A model generated the notes under the pieces. It made no database searches. It was not told the origin of the DNA and saw only the letters and a program-made list of their open reading frames with translations. A DNA stretch of 63,998 nt, the filler included, from Reclinomonas americana ATCC 50394 (lineage: Eukaryota), in assembly GCA_048213135.1 (NCBI GenBank). It is 9 parts of 9 records of this genome, joined end to end, with 100 filler letters (N's around TTAATTAATTAA, not from the genome) between each part and the next. Parts side by side here need not be neighbours in the genome. Positions count along the whole stretch, not along the records: positions 1 to 14,635 come from AFZH01022222.1; 8 more parts are not named here. One strand, given 5' to 3'. This document shows, one piece after another, positions 1-11,364 of this stretch (within the stretch, counting starts at the first letter, position 1; each line of letters opens with the position of its first letter). The position numbers and the translations under genes are program-made.

Positions 1-1
1 C

Positions 2-855
2 GTGTGTTCGTGTAAGAACCGGACAAGCTGCCAATCCGACGGCACTTGCAGCCAGTGCACATGTGCGCATGGAGGCACGTGCACTCATGATGGCTCGTGT
101 GCATGTGTTGATCCGTGGAGCGGTGTCGACTGCAACACGTGCACTTGTGCCAATGGAGGCACCTGCAACGACGACCACTCGTGCACCTGCCGCGGCAACT
201 GGGGCGATGTCGACTGCAGTGTGTGCTTGTGCAAGAATGGTGGCACCTGTGAAGGCACGACCGGCGTGTGCAGTTGTACCGGATACTGGAGTGGACCAGT
301 GTGTGCCGACTGTACGTGCCCCATGGGGCAGACTTGCAATTCGGACGGCTCTTGCGCTCCCTACAGTGGTCCCAGCTCCGTCGGTAAGCAGCTACAGAGA
401 AGGTCGCTCTTTGAAGCACACCTTGAGCTCATTATTGTTGAACAGTGGTTGGCGTTCTCGGTGGCGGAGCTGGCGCGCTCACTGTCTTCCTTCTTGCAGC
501 AGTTGTGATATGCCTTTGTCGATATTGGAGTTGTTGTCGGCGGCCAATGTCATGGTGGGATCAGATGCGGCATGATGGCGGCAACCGAGCTGGGGATGCA
601 GAACTGGCCGAAGTCCGTCGCGATCGCGATCGGCGAGGTCCTGCTGCAGCTCCACCTGCTCAAGAAGAACGCGGACAAACACCATTCGTTGTGCGCAACA
701 AGAATGGTGAACTGGTGCAACCGGATCGCGATCTCGACCAAAATCAACCTGCTCGTGCGGCCGCACCACGGGTCAATGCTGGTCAACGACTCCCAGCACC
801 AGCAGTCGAGGCGGTTCGAGTTGAAGCAGCTCATGTTGTTATCACTCGGTCGTAA
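2..855 (+). CDS. EGF-like repeat single-pass membrane protein (5' truncated)
   Basis: Tandem EGF-type repeats (CAHGGTCTHDGSCACVDPWSGVDC; CANGGTC...; CKNGGTC...). An intron at ~384-446 (gtaagc...aacag) joins them to a TM segment VGVLGGGAGALTVFLLAAVVICLC, a juxtamembrane Cys cluster (RYWSCC) and a cytoplasmic tail; stop at 855. Confidence 0.85.
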
Positions 856-1035
856 CTTGGCTGCAAGAGTGTTTCTGTCTGTTCAGTATCCCAACACCTT
901 CCTCGTTCATTTCCTTTGCGTGTTGGATCGTATGATGTCTCTCCTGATCCCTCTTTTCACACTGTCGAATAAAGCAGTCAGTCATTCACCACGCAAGACG
1001 GACCAACATTTATTGACAGTGACCACTTGCTGCAT

Positions 1036-3072
1036 TCAAGACGGAAGTAGCTGGTAGAAGCACAGCACTGGGTGCGCCTCCAGCAACGGTCCAGCTTCGT
1101 ACACTTGGTCGTCGTCGAACTCGAGAGCCTTCCCGTTCCACGGCTGTCAACAGACAGACACACAAAGTGAGCAACAAAACCACAAGACCACACACACTGC
1201 TGACTGCAAACAGCGCACTTTTACGTGCGCAATGTAATGTCCCGCCTCCGTGGAGGCTCCGAAATGATAAATAGTGGCCCTCAGGTCATACACCACAGGA
1301 TTGGTGGGAGCGTCGTCACGCGGCAATCGCAGAGTCTGCGACGGTTTTATGGCATCGATCGGTCCGTTCTTTCCGCGGCTTCTGCCGCGTCGCATCGTCA
1401 TGGCCGTCTCGGAGTCGGCCGACGCCACACGCAGCAGCAGCACCTGCGGAAACAGGGAGATGCAGTCGCGCTCCAAACTGTCGCTCTAAACGAACCACAA
1501 CGGCGCACGGGTGAGTTATTCGGCTCACGAATCGAGTGGACAACAAACCGACAGCACTCAACTCTGGCGTCCGGTCCCTGCTGGCGGAACACTGGGCATT
1601 GCGGGTTGCGGCACTTGATGCCACCCTTCAGTTCGCGATGGCGCCACAGTGTTGCCAGGTCCTTTTCGAGGAGACCATCTCCGTTGACGGTGAGTTCGAG
1701 GAACGCATTTGCCTCCTGTCGCCGGTGCCCGCATTCCTTGCACTCGGTGATTGTGGTCAGCTGGCCTTGGAAGAGATGGCGAAGAGCTGCGATACAAGAG
1801 TCAGTGAATCAATATCGAAAGGATGGGGAGATGGCGGGCAGCTGAAGACGCAACGCTCCATCTGCGGCATCATGTGCTCCGTGAAAAACGACTGCACATG
1901 CGAAAGACGTGAGATGTCTGCTCGTCAACACCCATCCACACGACACGACACCAACGCAACGCCTGGATCCTCTTGCATCCCGGTGTGCTGGTATCCAATG
2001 GCGCGGAACAAGGTTCTCTGCAACGTTGGCGGTCAGATGCATGCGTTGCTGCGGCACTTAGAAACCGAACAACAAACACACCATCATATCGCCGCGACGG
2101 ACGGTGGGCCTGAAACCAGGCACATTGTGTACGTCGAGAAGGAAGAACAGCTGATACATCACGTCGAGACTGGGCGTCTTCTGCAGCTGCTCGTCTGCAT
2201 ACATCGCGAACAAATCGGAACGCACGTCGTACGTGAAGCGCAAGCACTCCATCAACGAATTGAGGAAGCACGTGTTGCCTGCGTTGCCCAGACGCACAAA
2301 GTGAGACCACGTCACAGCTGCCACATGAAAATGAGCGAGCACACGAACCGATGTTGGGAATGCCCACGGGACCACGATCGGCCATGGTCTCGTCGATAGT
2401 CGCTGGATGCACCGGACAATCCGGCTCCAGCACAATGAAGCTGCTGGGATACGGCTGCAGTGGCTGCCCCATCCGCTCCCGCTTCTTCCGCGCCACTTGC
2501 CGCTCAATGTCGTCCTGTGGTGTCCCCTGTTCCTGTTGAATGGCCAGCGCCTGCTGCTGCTGCTGCTGAATGGCCAGCGCCTGTTGCTGCTGCGCCTCTT
2601 GCCGCTGCCGCTCACGCTCCGCCGCCTCCTGCTCCGCCAACAGCATCGCCTGTCGCTCCACCTTGTGCGCCGTCAACTCGGGCGTGGGCGGAGGCTCATC
2701 CACAGCTTGCCCTTGCCACTCTTGTTGCTGCTGTTGCTGCTGTTTTCGTCTTTTTCTCTCCTGCAGTTCCTCCTCTCGCCCCGCTGGTGCCGGCGGCAAA
2801 GGCGCCGGAGGCAACGGGCCGACCGGCAGTCGAGATGACTGGCGCGCAGACTGACGCGGTGACTGGCGTTGCGGCGGCTGCTGCTCCTCCATGTGCGAGT
2901 GCAGTGACGGAATCGCACTTGGCTGCCATGGAACCGCAGGTGGAGGATCAGTGGGAGAACGTGCAGGCGGCTGCTGGTGTGGCATGCGTCGCATGCCGTC
3001 ATTGACCGGTGCCGGAACATGCGCGTTATGCTTACTTCCCGTGTCGCCGGGTTTGCTACAGAGGGAGCCCAT
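1036..3072 (-). CDS. USP-family deubiquitinase (peptidase C19) with N-myristoylation motif and Q/P-rich N-terminus
   Basis: Spliced product has a Cys box GIPNI|GNTCFLNSLMECL, QEDP box, finger Cys pairs CKEC and CRNPQC, His box YDLRATIYHFGASTEAGHYIAHVK and FDD. N-terminus MGSLCS. Confidence 0.88.
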
Positions 3073-3214
3073 TGTTGTGTGCGTGTGTGTGAATGTGTAT
3101 TGAGAGCCAGCGGACGGGAATGGAACACAGAATGCATATGACAGGACATCTTCGTGTGCATTTTTGATTTTTCCGCACACAACACTTGAGAGGAACCGAA
3201 CCCACTTTGAGAAC

Positions 3215-6200
3215 ATGGACACGCAAAAGCAGCAGGTGAGTGTGAACTGCGCGTCACGAGTGCGAGCGAGATCGCGCTGAGAAAAGTGTGCGTGCTGTGC
3301 AGGAACTGTCGCGCATGCTCGCGGCCATGGGCCACGAAGCCGTCGAGCGCCTTCGCCGTGCCTCGGTGCTCATCACTGGCCTCAGTGGACTTGGTGCAGA
3401 GATTGGTCAGTCTCCCTCTCCCTCTGTCTTTGCATCACAGAGCGTCTCTCACCCCAATGCGAAATCAGCCAAGAACCTCGTCTTGTCAGGCATCCAGTCA
3501 CTGACACTGCATGACGATCAGGCGACCACATGGAACGATCTCTCGTCGCAGGTACACTCGCTCTTTCCCCTCTGCCTGCTGCTGTCCACTGCACGTCGAC
3601 GTGCTGAGTGTTGTCCGCCTGTAGTTCTTCTTGGGTCCGGACGATGTGGGCCAGAACCGCGCCGAGCGCAGCTACGCAGGTGTGGCCGAGCTCAACCCCG
3701 ACGTGTCGGTGCGTGTCAACACGGAGGGCGCGCTGCCGAGTGACGAGCTGTTGCGGTCGCATGCGGTTGTCGTGGTGGTCGACAAGCCGGCGCGCTCGCT
3801 GCTGAGTCGCGTGGAGCGCACGTGTCGCGAGGCCGGCACGCACCTGGTGTGGGCCGAGAGCCGAGGCCCCTTTGGTGGCGTGTTTTGTGACTTTGGACCG
3901 GCGTTTGTGTGCTCTGATGTCGACGGGAAGAGCTGCCAGCCCATGAGCATTCTCACCATTGTTGCGCACATGCATTTTCTCCGTCTCATCACGCAAAAAG
4001 TCTCTTTCTCTGACACTGTTGATGCAGACCGATCATGGTGAGGTGGTGGTGCACGACAGCACTCCGGCGGACAACGTGTACCGCGGCTCGCTGGTGCGCT
4101 TTGTGTGTGTGTGTGTATGGTCCTCCGTCTTTCGCGTTCGTGTCCGTGCTAAGTGGTGGCGTCCGGACAGGTGGCCTTCTCCGAGGTCGTCGGTTGTGAG
4201 GGCATCAATGACAGGCAGCTGCGCGTGGAGGAGGTCCACGGCAACACCATCATGGTGGGCAAGCTGGCGGATCATGGCATCACTGGCGAGTACGCCAGCG
4301 GCGGCTTGGTGCGACGCATCAAGGAGCCGAAGACCATGGCCTTCGTTGCGTCATTGCAGAATGCACCCTTTCGCCATCATACATTCACTCACATACCCTC
4401 GCACCGCACCAGAAACCGCTGAGCGAGTCGATTGTGTCGCCCGACTTCAACGTGGAGACTGGCGAGCTGAAGGATCACCTGCGACGCGGCGTGCACCTCG
4501 GTTTCCAGGCCATTCACGAGTTCGAGGCAGAGGTCGGCGGCCTTCCTCGCTCGGCTTCCGTCGTTGCGTTTTGCTGTACACGCCTATCTGTTTGTGCGCC
4601 ACGGCTCACCTTTTGCGCACCCCCAGGAGGATTCTGAGCGCGTCATTGCCATTGCGCGCCGCTTGGCCGGTGAGGCGGCGCCGCTCGATCGCGACGAAGT
4701 GGACGTGGTGCGCACGCTGTCGTTCTTTGCCCGTGGCAATCTCAACAGCATGGTCAGCGTCGCCGTTCTTCTTCCTACCCCCTCGTTGTGTGCTGACCTT
4801 TCTCTCCTCCCCATCACAACAGGCGTGCGCTCTCGGTGGTTTCGTCGCGCAGGAGGTTGTCAAGGCCGTCTCCGGCAAGCTGCAGCCGTTGAAGCAGTGG
4901 ATGTACCTCGACGTGTGCGAGATCCTTCCGTACGACGCCCCGCTGCCGAGTGCCGAGTACGAGCCTGTTGCGTCGCAGTTGACATCCTACTGCGCATTCC
5001 ACTCGCTCACCTCCACCCCCTCCTCCTTTCTTTCTCCCGCAGCGCAACAACCGCTACGACGGACAAGTTGCGGTCATTGGGCACACGCTGCAAGACGAGC
5101 TGATGAACAAGAAGATCTTTGTGGTTGGTGCCGGCGCACTCGGCTGCGAGTACCTCAAGAACCTGGCTCTCATGGGCTGCGGCTGCGGTCCCGACGGCCT
5201 CGTCACAGTGCGTACACCTATGCACCACATGCATTTTTTCTGATTCACTCACTCGCTCGCTGAGCAGGTGACTGACATGGACGCCATTGAGACGTCGAAC
5301 CTGAATCGCCAGTTCCTCTTCCGCCGCCACCACGTTGGAGTTCGTCCCTTGTGCCCCCCATTCACGTGTACCGCCGCCCATGTTGCTGATCTGCCTCTCC
5401 CCTCCGTGCAGCAAATGAAGTCCAAGGTGGCCGGTGAGAGCGTCAAGCGCATCAACGCCGACTTCCACGTCCGTTCGTTGGAGAACCGCGTCAACGACAC
5501 CACCGACGCCACCTTCTCCGAGGAGTTCTGGCTCTCACAGAACCTGGTGCTCACCGCCGTCGACAGCTTCGAGGCGCGTCGTTCTATCGAGAAGCACTGT
5601 GTGGCCGCGGGCATTCCGTTCTTCGATTCGGGCACTCTGGGTGTGGAGGCTCACTGCCAGGTTTGTACATGTGTAGTGCTCTGCATTCGCACGCTCTAAC
5701 GACATCAATACTCTCTGCAGCCCATTATCCCCCGCCTGACAGTGCTCTTCACTGCCCATCGCGACTCGCCCGACCGCAAGGAGATTCCAGTGTGCACGAA
5801 GAAGTACTTCCCGTACCAGCCGGAGCACACGATTCAGGTCTGTTAATTATTGATTTTTGGTGGTGATGCCACTCTACTCATCCTCTTCTGCTCTCTCGGA
5901 TCTGCAGTGGGCACTCGACGAGTTCGCCAATCACTTCACCCTCATTCCGCAACGCGCCAACGCATACATAACCGACGGCGCCATGTTCGAGGAGAAGTTC
6001 AAGGGCATGGAGCGTGGCACGGTGCGTTGAGAATCAAAAATAATAATCGTCTGCCTGTGTCACTTGGCTGACCCGCGTGCACCTGGGGACACAGATGGTT
6101 CGCCAGCTGCACTCGTTCCTGGTGGCCGACCATGCGAGCACTTTCGAGGACTGCGTCGTGTGGGCACGCAAGCTGTTCGACGAGTACTACCTGCGTTCAG

Positions 6201-7576
6201 TGCGTGTGCTGCTGCAGACGTACCCGCCGGGGTGCCTCGACAAGCACGAGCAGCCGTTCTGGAGCGGCACCCGCCGTTTGCCGCAGGAGATCGCCTTTGA
6301 TCCGTCTGACCCCGTGCATGCCGATTTCGTTGTCGCCGCCTCCATCCTGCGCGCGCAGACCATGGTCATTGACGATTCGCTGATCCCTCGCCTGCCGCTC
6401 GCCGCCCTTCGTGAGCATGTCATCTCCATTGCCACGGCGCGTGAGAGTGCAGCTGGTGCATCGGCCGCCGAGGAGGAGGCTCTCGCTGCCTCGATTGCCT
6501 CCGCTCTGGAGGCAGAGGCGGCCGACGAGCATGCCAGCAAGGCCGGCACGGTGTCGGCGACACGCACCCAGGGCCCGCAGCGCTCGGCTGCCGCTCGCCT
6601 TCCAGAGCTGCCGTCGTCGGAGGAGCTGCACGGGCGAGTGGTACCACCTCGCAGCATCACGTTCGAGAAGGACGAGGTCGGCAACTGGCACGTGGAGTTT
6701 ATTCAGACGGCCAGCAACCTGCGATCGCGTTGCTACCGGTAAGTATGCCTCCCTTTGTTGCGACTTTGCTGTCGTTTACAATGTGCTCATGTACTCGGTC
6801 TCTCCGCACAGTCTGCGTGAGGTGGACCGACTGGAGGCACAAGTCACTGCTGGTCGCATTGTGCCGGCGCTCGTGACCACCACCGCCTTCGTCACTGGTC
6901 TCTCAGGGTTCGAAGTGCTGAAAGTTGAGTGTTGTGCGATTCACTTTGATCGTGTTGCATGAGAACTAAAAATGTGTGTGAATGCACAGTACCTGCAAGG
7001 CAAGGGTGTGGAGTGCTACATGTCCTCGTTTATCAACCTCAGTGTTCCGCAAGTGCTCGTCATGTTTGCCGACGCCTGTGGCACGGTGAGCGCGCAACTG
7101 ACCTGCCTCAATGACACCGTAAATTGCATGCTTATTCGTGTTTTCGCAGTACGATTTCGCCGGTCAAGAGTACACGGCGTGGGACTCGATCCGTGTGGAC
7201 GCTGAGGCGGCGGCGACTGTGGGCTCCTTTGTCGATCATCTGGAGCGCACATACGGAGTGATTGTCGGCTCTGTGGCCGGTGCCGACAACACGTTGTGGT
7301 ACATGGACATGTGGAAGGGCGACAAGTTGGCGACGGGTCGTGCCAAGACGTTGCGTAGGCTTGATGGTGACGATGGGTCGTCTATGATGTGCTGATGATC
7401 TCTTCGGAAAAAAATGCAGATTTGCCGAGTTGCAGGGCGCCAGTTCGTCGTCGGCAGCTCCGCAAAAGTGGCTGCAGCTGCACGTGTCGGTCGACCGCGG
7501 AGAGACCATGTACTCGACGCAGCCGGTGCCTGGCGAGACCGTGCGCATGCCGGCAGTCTTTGTCGCACTGTCTTGA
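3215..7576 (+). CDS. Ubiquitin/UBL-activating enzyme E1, UBA1/UBA6/UBA7 family, diverged
   Basis: Multi-exon: [76 protein letters not shown]; catalytic [24 protein letters not shown] (Cys codon 5793-5795); [27 protein letters not shown]-terminal UFD-like region. Confidence 0.93.
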
Positions 7577-7697
7577 TCAATCACACACACGCACACACGC
7601 ACACGCACGTCTTCAACTTTGAAGCAATAATACAAGAGCGGGAGTTTGTTCGCTGCATCAAACAATTTTGCCACTTATATTTTTCTCGTCTCGCCAT

Positions 7698-10076
7698 TCA
7701 ATCTGCTATCTGCTGCCGGTCTGCGACGGGACATGGCGTCAAGAAGATGCCACACCTGTCGATCGGGCAACAAGAGCGTGTCAGAAGTCAACAGGTGGAA
7801 CGGTGCTCGACACAAGGCTACGCAACGGCCAGTCGCCACCTCGTGGCTTCACTTGCAAACAACGGAAACAGAACTCAGTGCCACACTGTTGCGCGCGGAG
7901 AGAGTGAGAAGGCACTTTTCGTAGTGTAGCACAGGGTGAATACGTACCCCTGCTCGCGTGCATCGCACATGCTTGCAGGCCTCGGCGTGCTCTGCACAGC
8001 GCCCGAAACCGTGAGCGACAGAGGAGCAGAAGCACGAGTTACACATACAGACAACGCACCGACGAGGGTATGACATCTGGGGCACGCGCGAATCGCCGGC
8101 ACGGTACCAGGCAAGCCGCTGATTGTCTTGGTGCCGCATGTTCGTAGCACGACGCTTACACCCGACGAATCGCAGTCTGCATTGCCACACCAGCGTCCGT
8201 CGGCACCCGATCGCCACGACCTCTCACAGCGCAAACAAAATCTACGCGTGCGCGCACACGCACACACACAATCGTCGTGAATACCACAGCCTGATGACAT
8301 TGCCACACTGCAGAGAGAGAGATAGAGAGACGCAACTCGGTACTGCACAGGCCACAAGTGATGCGCCGCAGGTTCGGATCTTCAGGCATGATGGAGGCTT
8401 GGCACTGCCGGCACACACACAAAGCACTGGTAAGAAGAATAGATGCAGACTGACTGGCAATCACTGGGCGAGTGCGACAAACCCGGCTGTTCGGGCACGT
8501 CTTGGCCTTGCCGGTGAGGAATTGTCGATTCAGCAAGTCAAAGTACTGGTGCGACAACTCCTCGAATCGCGCCTCGCTGGCGGCACTGGTGACCACGTCC
8601 AGCGGAACGACTGCCGGTGCACGAGTGAGTGGATGAAATCAGTTCACGCGCACGAGAGGAGGAAGCGCAACTGGCTTTGCATCCACCGCGACAGCAAGCC
8701 AGTGGCCGAGTCGAGTCCTCTCGAATGAGAAGCTGCAATTGTGCACGCATGCACTCGGCGTGCACGCCGTGCGAGCATGGCAGCCGGTACACAGTGCCCT
8801 CGTTACCCGTGCAGTACTCGCACGTGCATCCGCCAGTCGTCTCCAGCCGCACATTGCTGCGCATGGTCGGCATGGGTCCGCCGCCGCTACCACTTGCCGC
8901 AGCCGCTGCTGTTGCGCCGGCCGGCACCTCTGCCGCTCTTGCCAAGCGACGCATGGTGGGAGGGGCCATTGACATGTCCTCCAGCTGGAGACATCTGCGC
9001 ACGGGGGGATAGTGAGCAAAAGACGGCGAACATGCAGAGGATGTGGAGGCGGCGGAGGAGTCGCAACTCCAGCGGCATCCACTGTCCGCGATTGGCGAAT
9101 GGCGCAAGGTCGGGGCACTCGTCGGGCACGAAGGCGTCGGATTGAAGATCGCGATCAAAGGTAACATAGCTGCAGAGCGAATTAGCATCACTTAAAGACA
9201 CACTCGTGCACGGCATGCACTCACCATGGTGGTGGGTACGCCTCGCCTCGCAGATCTGGCGGCGGCAAGTAGTCGACGTGTTGCAGCACTCCGCGATCTG
9301 TGCCCCAAGAGCGCGTCAGATGAACACGTAGCGTTCACAAACAGTGTGCTCACGTGCGCCACTCACCGCCAACTCGCACGGTCCCGTGTGGCCGAATGAC
9401 ATTCACACGCTCGCCGACACGAGTACGCAGCTGCTCGCAGTACTCGTCCAGAGCGGCGGCATCAATGACTGGCTCTGCGGCACGCTTTATCAGCTCATCT
9501 GGTACCACCACCACCACCACAGCGACAAGACATGCAACTCCACCTTCGGGAACGACTGCAGCCGAGCCCGACGCCGCTCCAACAGCACCGCCACCAGGCA
9601 CGGCAGGTACCGCTGCCGGTTGGGCTCCGACCACGACTCGGATATCACTGCGACACAAGAAAGGTCAGTTGACTCTACATACAAGAGCGCACGACGAGCG
9701 ACGCACGAGTCATTGACCCAGAAGCCGCTCTCTGCGCGACAGCCGGCCAAAGCAGCGCGCATCGGCATGGCGCTGTCGGATTGCAAATCGGTGCGTTCCC
9801 AGCTCACATAACTGCATGAAAAAATGAGAGTGAGCCACACGCGCACACGCCAGAAAGCGCAAGGCAGGAGAATATGCACTCACCATGTCGGTGGGTACTC
9901 GTCGTGCTCCCACAGCGTTCCCTTGTCTGTCGATTTCGCCAGCAAATAAATAAATTCATCGTCGCAACCACGCTGCTGCGATGCACAACTCACCGCCAAC
10001 ATTGACGGGCCCCACGGCACGGATGCACTCGACCCGTGTGCCAATGTTGATTTGGCCGGCGCCACCTCCGCCACCG

Positions 10077-10109
<33 letters not shown>

Positions 10110-10853
10110 ATGGCACCACCACCAACACCACCACCCAGTCGGCGCAGCAAGGCCAGTGCCTCATCCCGCCGCTGGTGCCGAATGATGCGTAGATCGCTGC
10201 GACACACACTCAGCAACAGCATGCTACACAATAGACAAAGAGACGCGCCACACTCAACCGGGGGAACACCCAGTAGCCGTGGCTGCGTGGACACCCCGCA
10301 TCCACCGCCTCACGCGGCACGAGGCCGCTCGTCCACCGCAAGTTTCGATCCCACGACACATAGCTGCACACCAGTCAACAACAACCCTGTGCCGCGCACG
10401 CTCACGCAGCAAAAAACGCAACAAGCCGCCACGCTCATGACTGACAATGAACGTTCCCTTGTCTGCATGCCACACACTCATCAGTGACAAGCATAGTGGG
10501 GCGGGAGACCCTCCCCACACAGCACACCTCCTTGTCGCACAGCAGCATCCTGCATGCGTATGCACTCGACCCTGTCAAACATCTCAATCGACTCCTCCAC
10601 AAATCCGCCATACGCGTCACGGTCGCCTCCAAAGTCCGCCAGCGTGAGGATCTCGTCCTCCTGATCATCCACTTGCGGCGCCTCCTCGTCTCCATGCCGC
10701 TGATGCTCTTCCTCACCTCCTCCTCCTCCACGAAGTTGCTGTTGTTGCTCTTGCTCATGCTCTGTGTGTGTGTGTTCGGTCAGGGATGCATCACTGTGTG
10801 GCAGGGACAACACGCGATGCGTAACGAATGAGGCTGCCCAGCAGCAGCAGCAT
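7698..10853 (-). CDS. RBR (RING1-IBR-RING2) E3 ligase with three N-terminal CPH-like (SH3-type) repeats; start uncertain
   Basis: RING1 CEYC...LPCSHGVHAEC...CCRGGC; IBR CPN-QC...CGLC...FCLRC; RING2 RACPRCHTLVEHAEACKHVRC...EFCFRCL; C-terminus PCPVADRQQIAD*. Three repeats of the form RV(E/N)(C/V)IR...GD(K/R)G...YV(S/T)(W/F)(D/E)R...G(Y/F/Q)W lie at ~9050-10650. Confidence 0.85.
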
Positions 10854-11364
10854 GGCAAGATCCTTTTGTATGTTCCACACGCACACGCACACACGCGCAC
10901 ATGACGTTGTCAGATGAAGAGTGCAGTGACTGCGGAGAAACTCTGTACGCAACTTGCGCGTTCATCTTCTCGTTGTCTGCGGGTATGCGTTTCACACACA
11001 GAAAGAGAGACACGCCCACAGAGGCACACACAGCAGCGCGCGTGTCTGTCTGAGTTTTGAGCGCCGGACGACAGAGTGTGTGTGTGAAGTTGCGGACGGA
11101 GCTCGCGCGCTGACTGGACGTGTTCCATTTGTTGCTGCAACTGCAGTGTGAGTGCCGTGTTTTGTGTGCGTGGTGTCTCTATCTGTGCGTGCGTGTGTAT
11201 GCGCTCTGCTGTCTGTGCCTGTGTGGCTTGCGTGTGCATGAGAGTGTGCCACGTATGTGTGTTAGTGTCCGCCTGCCTCCTATTCTCACTTTTCTCTCTC
11301 TCGCATTCGCATTTTCCACAGGCGTGCTGTGTGTGTGTGTGTGCGTGTGGGGAGAAAGTCACAA

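Noticed and set aside
3168..3177. TTTTCCGCA as shared promoter motif (also 23370)
   Set aside because: It also occurs in introns (~23495, ~26130), so specificity is unsupported.
3215..7576. Stop-codon reassignment or frameshifting to explain fragmented ORFs
   Set aside because: Breaks examined are resolved by short GT-AG introns, and genes end at normal TGA/TAA/TAG stops.
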